Shown one piece after another: positions 9,401 through 15,300 of a stretch of 32,000 bases of DNA; positions within the stretch are counted from its first letter, which is position 1, and the number at the start of each line of letters is the position of its first letter. The position numbers were made by a program, and so were the translations under genes. The stretch is from the NCBI GenBank assembly GCA_002483345.1, contig DLHS01000018.1, positions 208,638-240,637 of the forward strand, given 5' to 3'. The notes below the pieces were generated by a model that was not told the DNA's origin, did no database searches, and saw nothing but the letters and a program-made list of their open reading frames with translations. The stretch is from Bacteroidetes bacterium UBA7662 (GTDB taxonomy: Bacteria; Bacteroidota; Bacteroidia; UBA7662).

Positions 9401-12162
9401 TCGACGGTTGGAAATTGATTGATGCGTTCATTGGCCACAACTACCCCCAGGGTATCGTTGCCTGCATTAAAATCATGCTGATCCAGATAAAACCGGAAAC
9501 GATAAACGCCCCCGTTGAATAAATTGGGTCGGGTTTGTAAACTGATGACTTTACTGCTGTTAGCCAAAATGGTATCCTGAATTGTTTCAACTCCCAGAAG
9601 TTGATTATTCATATAAACATTCAGGGATGCACCATAAACCGGGTCGGTACCATAATTTCTCAGACGCAACTGCAACAGTTGATTCGTGTCAAGTCCGCAG
9701 TTGGTAACCGGACTTACCAGACTGTCGATCGCCAGGTCGATAGCGGGAGCTGTGAATTCATACGCTCCTATATCCGGAGTCGTTATGCTGCGCACCTGGC
9801 CGGCAATATCTTCCCCCAGCCAACTCAAGGCTATTCCTTTGTCATCGATCTGCGGAGAGGTAGGCATAGGATCGGACAAGCTGGAAAAAACCGGATTCAG
9901 GTTACTTCCAACCGTATCAAAACCAAAGGTTGAACGCCAGACCTGTATAGAATCATAATCAGCGACGGGGCTGTTTACCCGGAACAACGGTCTGTTCGCG
10001 CCGATGATGAAATAATTATTGTTTTGAATGTTTGCTTTCGTAAATATTTCAGGAATACTGACAGTAAACGCTCTGAAACCGGCTGGCATACCTGTGGTTC
10101 CGTTAGGATATGCCGTGATTATGTTATTGAATACAATCAGACTGTCAATAGCAGGATTAGTTGCTGAGCCACCGGAAATGTAGAATGCTGCACAGGTAGT
10201 ACTCGTAGAAGCCGAGTTAACCCCTATCAGTACCGTATTATTCACGATTTCCAGGTAATCTCTCGGGTTTGGAGGCGAAGTTGTACTGCTTTGTACCGCC
10301 GTAAAAGTTAATCCTGAGAGAATGCCCGTGGTGCTACTCATGCTGGGCGATTGGAAAGCAGCAATATAATTGTTGTAAACCCTGTTAGACGCGGAACTGC
10401 TTCCGTTGGCGTCATATATAAAAATCGGATAACGTGAAATACCGCCTGTGATACGGTTGTTGTACAATTGCAGACGGGTTAATCCTCTGACCTGAATACC
10501 CGATCCTGAGGTGGTAGTGCCGTTAAAATCACGGACAAGATTATTTCTGACTACCAGAGAATCCTGATTGGTAAAATATATACCATCAATTTTATAGGCT
10601 GTAAGCTCATTGTCCTCCACCACATTCAGATAGGGATAAGGCAAGCCTCCTTCTCCATAAACAGGATGAGCAAATCCATTGAAATAATTCCCCTTTATCA
10701 GATTATTACCTGATGAGGTAATACCAAGCGCCCTGTTGAAGTCTTCAACGGCTCCCAATGAATCAATAAAAGAGCATTCCGTTATTTCATTGAACCCAGC
10801 TCCTCCCTTGAGATGCAATACATAGGTATCGCTGGTATTGGGAAGTACGTTGCGTACAAAGGTCAGTTTTTGGAGCTTTACATAATCCGCGCCATTTAAA
10901 GCCATGTTCTCGGAAGGTAAAACAGCGACATTGTTATATATCCGGACTGCTCCCGGCGCCTGAGCGGCACCACTGATGGTTACCACCTTCCCTGGCCCTG
11001 CTCCCGGAATGGCTGACAGTTCAAACGGCCCCGTGTAGTTTCCAGCTGCCAGGTCGAGATTTACGGCTCCCAGAACCCCGCCACAACTCACCGCCTCCAA
11101 AGCTGCCTGAAGAGTTGTAAAATCGGATGAAGGAGTGCCTACCGTATAAGTACCTGTTGGTATTGCCAGACAAAAATTGCGCTGTATACTGTCATTGGCA
11201 GTGTTCTGATCCGGTCCTTGTCCATTGACACTGCTGATCCAGGCACGAATCTCAACAGCTCCTGAGGCTGGCATGGTAACAGGGTTCAGAAAGGTAAATT
11301 GGGCTCCTGTGGCGGGAGCCAGATTCCCTGTCCAATTGTAGCTCATAGGAGTACCATTGTTCAGGCTTATATTAACCGTTGCGTCAGTGATTGCATTTAC
11401 ACCCTGATTGAACACATCGAGCACCGGTAATTGTATACTTCCTGAAGCAACCGGTGGCTGTGGTGAAATAAGCGCATCGATTCTAAGATCTCTTTGCAAA
11501 GGCACAGAATAGTAAATACGGACGTTTGGTCTCTTTTTTCCATCACTTGTCGTGTTATTCAGAACCGCATTGAAGGATGTTGAACCGGTTACCCCTACTA
11601 TCATGTCCTGCGTACCATTGGTAACATACCAACTGAATTTAGCCGTTCCATATGGGGAACTCCCTCCGATCTGATTCTCAGTCGCTATTTCCAGTCCGCC
11701 TCCTGTATAAGTAAAAGGAGTATTCAAATTAAACTGCACCCAACCCGGGACACCAGGTATGGTTGTATTGCTGTTCTGATATACCAGGGTATGCGTCGAT
11801 AAAATACTTGTCCAGGCAGTAGTGGTAGGCAAGGGTGGTGTCTGAGAAGAATTCGCCATATACAGACTCAGCGTCAATGGAGAGGCAGGCACTGTGGCGC
11901 CAGCGTTGTGTTTTTCAAATGCAATGGCGGTAATCGTGGCCCCGGCAGGAATACCAAGTGCCGAAAGCTCTCCAGCCGTCAAAAGCATATTCCCTCTGTT
12001 TGAGCGCGTCCCGGAGTTGGAACTGGCCCGGTAAACCGGTACAAAGGCACTTGCTGTACCCGTCACAGTATCGGTTCCTGTACCAACCTGAATAAAAGTC
12101 TGACCACTAACTTCAGAACAGGCCACACAAAACAGCAGCCACAGCATAAACAATCTTCTCAT
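6481..12162 (-). CDS. Giant (1893 aa) secreted multidomain T9SS cargo protein: N-domain, CARDB-like x4, right-handed beta-helix, MAM, Asp-box jelly-roll, unassigned region, T9SS CTD
   Basis: The track ORF start 12183 is a TTG; the ATG at 12162 gives the signal peptide MRRLFMLWLLFCVACSEVSGQ. ORF-numbered modules follow. CARDB-like modules start with RDLRIDALISP (231), IDLAIDSLVSP (815), PSVAAILSP (1097) and KRIISPE (1717), and end in xNDS/xNDT. The beta-helix region spans ~340-810 (repeated NN[RT][IV] rungs; ends TTPDIGAYEF). A strong MAM consensus covers 925-1090 (FENGW..FRW..GPDADHT..GSGRYLYVESS..AELVSPCLDL..LEFWYHAYG..YAIDDIRF). A second jelly-roll at 1208-1385 carries the Asp-box STDGGQSW. 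The CTD is YPNPADAKVF...GWYSYQIS...IMVRH. Confidence 0.85.
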   Translation of the reverse strand: MRRLFMLWLLFCVACSEVSGQTFIQVGTGTDTVTGTASAFVPVYRASSNSGTRSNRGNMLLTAGELSALGIPAGATITAIAFEKHNAGATVPASPLTLSLYMANSSQTPPLPTTTAWTSILSTHTLVYQNSNTTIPGVPGWVQFNLNTPFTYTGGGLEIATENQIGGSSPYGTAKFSWYVTNGTQDMIVGVTGSTSFNAVLNNTTSDGKKRPNVRIYYSVPLQRDLRIDALISPQPPVASGSIQLPVLDVFNQGVNAITDATVNISLNNGTPMSYNWTGNLAPATGAQFTFLNPVTMPASGAVEIRAWISSVNGQGPDQNTANDSIQRNFCLAIPTGTYTVGTPSSDFTTLQAALEAVSCGGVLGAVNLDLAAGNYTGPFELSAIPGAGPGKVVTISGAAQAPGAVRIYNNVAVLPSENMALNGADYVKLQKLTFVRNVLPNTSDTYVLHLKGGAGFNEITECSFIDSLGAVEDFNRALGITSSGNNLIKGNYFNGFAHPVYGEGGLPYPYLNVVEDNELTAYKIDGIYFTNQDSLVVRNNLVRDFNGTTTSGSGIQVRGLTRLQLYNNRITGGISRYPIFIYDANGSSSASNRVYNNYIAAFQSPSMSSTTGILSGLTFTAVQSSTTSPPNPRDYLEIVNNTVLIGVNSASTSTTCAAFYISGGSATNPAIDSLIVFNNIITAYPNGTTGMPAGFRAFTVSIPEIFTKANIQNNNYFIIGANRPLFRVNSPVADYDSIQVWRSTFGFDTVGSNLNPVFSSLSDPMPTSPQIDDKGIALSWLGEDIAGQVRSITTPDIGAYEFTAPAIDLAIDSLVSPVTNCGLDTNQLLQLRLRNYGTDPVYGASLNVYMNNQLLGVETIQDTILANSSKVISLQTRPNLFNGGVYRFRFYLDQHDFNAGNDTLGVVVANERINQFPTVENFESVNPGLPAFENGWTSSAGTFRWFSQAGPTSTGSTGPDADHTTRSGSGRYLYVESSNGSAGSTAELVSPCLDLAALTHPMLEFWYHAYGADIYELQLFYQTSGPAWLPLDTLRGQQQFYSREPWKRHRMLLPANATRISFVVERGAGFEGDYAIDDIRFAEYPLEDPSVAAILSPADACSFGSNTDLKILLRNDGLNALAAIPVEVRIDQGTVLNLTHTPASAVQPGETDTAIFSLPLGFNTPNTAYLLQVNTSLGSDTEYELDTIRKTVVYLAAASMPYANSFETSGDWYAGGRNSSWERGVPTATLINSATAGTQIWATNLSGNYHFEERSWLQSPCFDFTNAVRPELSFRYRAYMTVNAGANVTYSTDGGQSWQVLGIVGSGSSWYNADSVVVSHGQPVWTGNQSGTNWLEARMSLGALRGNSSVIFRINFFSNANNIQGEGFAIDDLHLEEPANALIAGVDVTPGDNCTPITHSVAIYVPNPTAVANASVAYRTPTGPRSVTATFSPAAGAFLATVPAANWGEEIELQAVVSSILGNADTSALFRYVDGATKPVLGPDRTISNGGTVVLLDGFMYDSRLEVSAGGGENGQKLRFEVDAKRTGIVSALDVRLGRRTSVTVRYGNLYAPGFNGGKLVTAVVKPGALPDINGYSRVNFETPVMLMKGRRYMFEIETADSAALLLSAGQSATTVAATDSNLTVYHGLRFNQPNGTSAGFAIMNGAFIMEDPLDSVAWLDGSNILGTGKTLSIAITQDRDIQLEVNRGTCTLSDSILIRGTLSAPFIKRIISPESHPVGIGPHDVRIMLGNSGNTSTTPFEVTYNLNGSSPIIANTVSQPIPAGDSIQFTFSLPILFALQSNVVCVWISGSQDSLCKEVLFGGSVYNPGKLAVTTYPNPADAKVFMTWEEALHSETILKIFDALGREVYRREMAVDAHSVEIDTQVWPNGWYSYQISSKTKSASGKIMVRH
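6484..6720 (-). other. Type-A T9SS C-terminal sorting domain (Por_Secre_tail-like) of giant gene 1
   Basis: Last ~79 aa: LAVTTYPNPADAKVFMTWEE..ILKIFDALGREVYRREM....VEIDTQVWPNGWYSYQISSKTKSASGKIMVRH. The pattern is YPNPA, then hydrophobic strands, D..GR.V, then G.Y.Y.... Confidence 0.8.
8908..9411 (-). other. MAM (meprin/A5/mu-like) domain inside giant gene 1
   Basis: ORF aa ~925-1092: FPTVENFES..FENGWTSSAGTFRWFSQAGPTSTGSTGPDADHTTRSGSGRYLYVESSNGSAGSTAELVSPCLDL..PMLEFWYHAYGADIYELQLFY..WKRHRMLLP..RISFVVERGAGFEGDYAIDDIRF. This follows the MAM consensus almost position for position. Confidence 0.75.
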
Positions 12163-12271
12163 AAAGAACTTTTGGATTTGCAATTTAGAGCGTAAAAATT
12201 TTAAATAAGATTAAACTTGACACGAACCTATTGGAATCATTCCAAACCTTAAAACAATGACAGATAATGTC

Positions 12272-12300
12272 AAAAAAAAAGAGGCCCCGAAGGGCCTCTT
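12272..12300 (-). terminator. Rho-independent terminator of giant gene 2
   Basis: Perfect 9-bp stem aagaggccc (12279-12287) / gggcctctt (12292-12300) with loop cgaa. On the minus strand it is followed by a T9 run (complement of 12272-12280). It lies 20 bp after the stop at 12320. Confidence 0.8.
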
Positions 12301-12319
12301 ACTTTTCAGCTTATCTGAA

Positions 12320-15300
12320 TCAATGTTTGACAATAAGATTTCCGTGCTGTACCTGATCTGCAGCAATGAAGCGGTAGCTATAAATACCCGCTGCCCAGTT
12401 TTCAGTACGTACACTCTGAACATTGCCATTTTTCCTGTCAACAGCAATGGAGGCCACTACCCGTCCCAGTTTATCATGGATTTCGAGCAAACCCTTGCCG
12501 GCAAACTCATTGAACTCAAAGTTCACAAACGATTCAGCCGGATTAGGATATACATTACCAATCAAACGATTGTTCAGCAACAGATTCTCCACACTTACCG
12601 TAGATACAAGACTTACGCATGAAGTATCGTTTGAACGAACCAACTCATTCGGCATACCGGTCGTGTTGGCACACAATGCAACCGGACCGGCTGTAGTTGG
12701 CGTCCACGATACCGTAAAGGTATGTTGCAGTGAATCTCCCGGATTAATGGTTTGGGTAATGGAGTTGGTAACGATAGATACCCCGCCATTGATTCTGTAC
12801 TCAACATCAAATCCCGAAGCAGGAACAGTTCCGTAGTTCTTCACAATCACCGTCACAGGAAGGGCAGTAGCACCATCCAATACTGTAGATGTAGTAGGAC
12901 TTACAATTCTGCTCACCCCGATATCAGGATTCAGCTGAAGTGGATTTACCGTTACTGTAACCGTATCCGATTTAGTACAAACAGAGTCTGTAACCGTCAC
13001 AATATAGGTAGTTGTGGTTGCAGGGCTCACTTTCAGGGTATCGCTGCTACCCACAACCGTTCCTCCCAATGTTGTCCACTGCGCGGTAAGCGCAGAACCA
13101 TAGTACACTGTGCCAACCCACAAACGAGGGCTGCAACAAACTGTCCAGTTAGTACAGAAACCTTCTCCGTTTGTAATCGACAAATCAGTATTCGAAAGGC
13201 TGGTTGTTCCTGTAGCATACTGAGAATGGTATTGCAGATAAACACCATAGGTTGCACCGGCAGGAATTGCAAAACCACTCGTCAGATTCAAACGCATGAT
13301 TCCTGCTGCTGTCGGATTAATCGTATAGGTTCCTTCCAGTGTCCAGGCAGCCTGATTCGCCTGCTGGCCATTCTTGGTACCGGAAATGTAGTAAACAGAA
13401 ACAGTCTGGCTGCCTGTATTGAACGGATTGATATCAAATCCTGAAATGTACAAGGAACTTGTCGCTGTGGTAAGATCGAACATGAAACCACCGGCACAGT
13501 TGGTACCTGTTGCCGCAGCTGCATTACCCAGCGAGCCAGCAGCACCAAAACCGGTGCTAAGAACCAAGGTAGCCGTATCGCCCTGAATGATAGTCGTGTC
13601 GTTGCCGGCACTTACTGTCAGGTAATCATCCTTGTAACGACCTGCAGCAAAGTTTGGCGCAAAGTTACCAAGGCTATCCCTGGCAATGATGGTCACGATT
13701 ACAGCCTGATTCGCTGCAGGAGCAGCAGGTATGACACCTGTCCAGGTACCATTCAAAGAAGTACCTGCCGTTCTGGTCAGGAGAATAACAGGTTGTTGTA
13801 CCCCGGCTACGGTATAGCTGGCAGAAACACTGTCAATACCACGACCACCGTTGTTATCACGAGCATAAACCGTTACTGTACGGGCAGTTGCCACACACAA
13901 ATCACCTGAAGGACTGATGTCAACAGAGTCGATGCTTGGCGGGAAAATATCCGGCAAAGCAATACCTGCAAACTCATAAGCACCCATATCAGGGGCTGTA
14001 CCAGTGCCGGCAGGACGATTGTTTCCTGCATAGTCTGTATTCGGTGTGCCCAGGCTGCTGATTACGACTGCACCGGACTCAATACCCGATGTAGTGCCTG
14101 CAGGAATATGAAGATCTGTAATGCTCACAAACGGTGGCAAACTGCGTCCTACCGGCGGAACCGACAGGTTATCGTTGTTCGCGTTACCAACCGATGAAAT
14201 CAGCTTCCAGTCTGCAACCGTAGCATAGTTACCACTACCAGCTGTTGTACCTACCCTGCCCACAAAACATTGTGCATTGGTATCAACATGATACGCGTTG
14301 TTGTTCAGCGTAAGATTCGCAAAGTTGTATGCCGCAACAACCCATACCGCGTTAAACGACGAAACAGGTGTTGTAGAGGTAGCATTCATCGCAAAGATGT
14401 TGTTGCGCACATCGCCTGTAACAGCAGTAGCTGTTACTCCGAAGGCCGCACCAGCTGCACCAGCTGTTGTCACATTCGTGTACGTACCATACAGATAAAC
14501 ACTGTTGTAATGAACACTATGCGCCAATCCACCTGCCAGGCGTATACCAAAGGCATTGTAAAGCTGGCTGGTGTTCGAGTAATTAACTGTTTTCAGGTCG
14601 TAGATAAGGTTGTTGTCTATCGTAACCGAATCACCCGACACTACATTGATACCATAAGCACCCCAGCCTCCGGTGTTCAGGTTCTTAACGCCCCAAACCG
14701 TGTTGCGGTTGATACGGACTCCACGAAGTGAGGTACCTCCCACTTCTATCGCCGCCTGGGTAGTGGCTGTAGGACTCACCAGATTAAAGACCTCGTTGTC
14801 ACGAATACTCGCACCAACAAAGTTCTGAACATCAATACCACGGAAAATAACGAAAGATGCCGTGTCAAGAGAGCCAATACTGTTGTTCATCACCTGGATG
14901 TTCATGCCTGGGTTCGCAACCGTGTTGCGTGCATAAATACCATAGTAGGCTCTGGTAACCACGTTGTTCTGAATCGTCAGATCCAACATCGAATCGCCCG
15001 TTCCGGTAGTAGCTATCGCTGCTCCCTGGGCTGTAATACCAAATGTGGAAGTAACCGTATTCGTACCACCCACTATCTGCAGGTTCTTGAGTGTCGTATG
15101 CTCTACCGTCTCTCCCAGTATACTCCGCAACCAGACCACAGCACTGGTCGCAGCCGACGAAGTCGAACGAAGTGTCAGGTTACGGCTCGAAGTACCATTG
15201 TTTGAACCATCCAGAGTAAACCACTTAACACCCCGCAGCACAAACAAACCTGTGCTACCAGGGGCCGAACCTTCTACAACGACATTCGAACGCGTAACAT

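Noticed and set aside
12752-13444. 230-aa plus-strand ORF, plus many other 60-160-aa antisense or out-of-frame ORFs inside the three giant genes and the POT genes (for example 4525-5013, 5217-5651, 9106-9522, 14270-14731, 23084-23482)
   Set aside because: All are embedded in long, motif-rich frames on the opposite strand or another frame. Their products are Cys/Arg/His-rich nonsense typical of reverse-frame translation of T/S/N/G-rich genes, and they have no independent start context or terminators.
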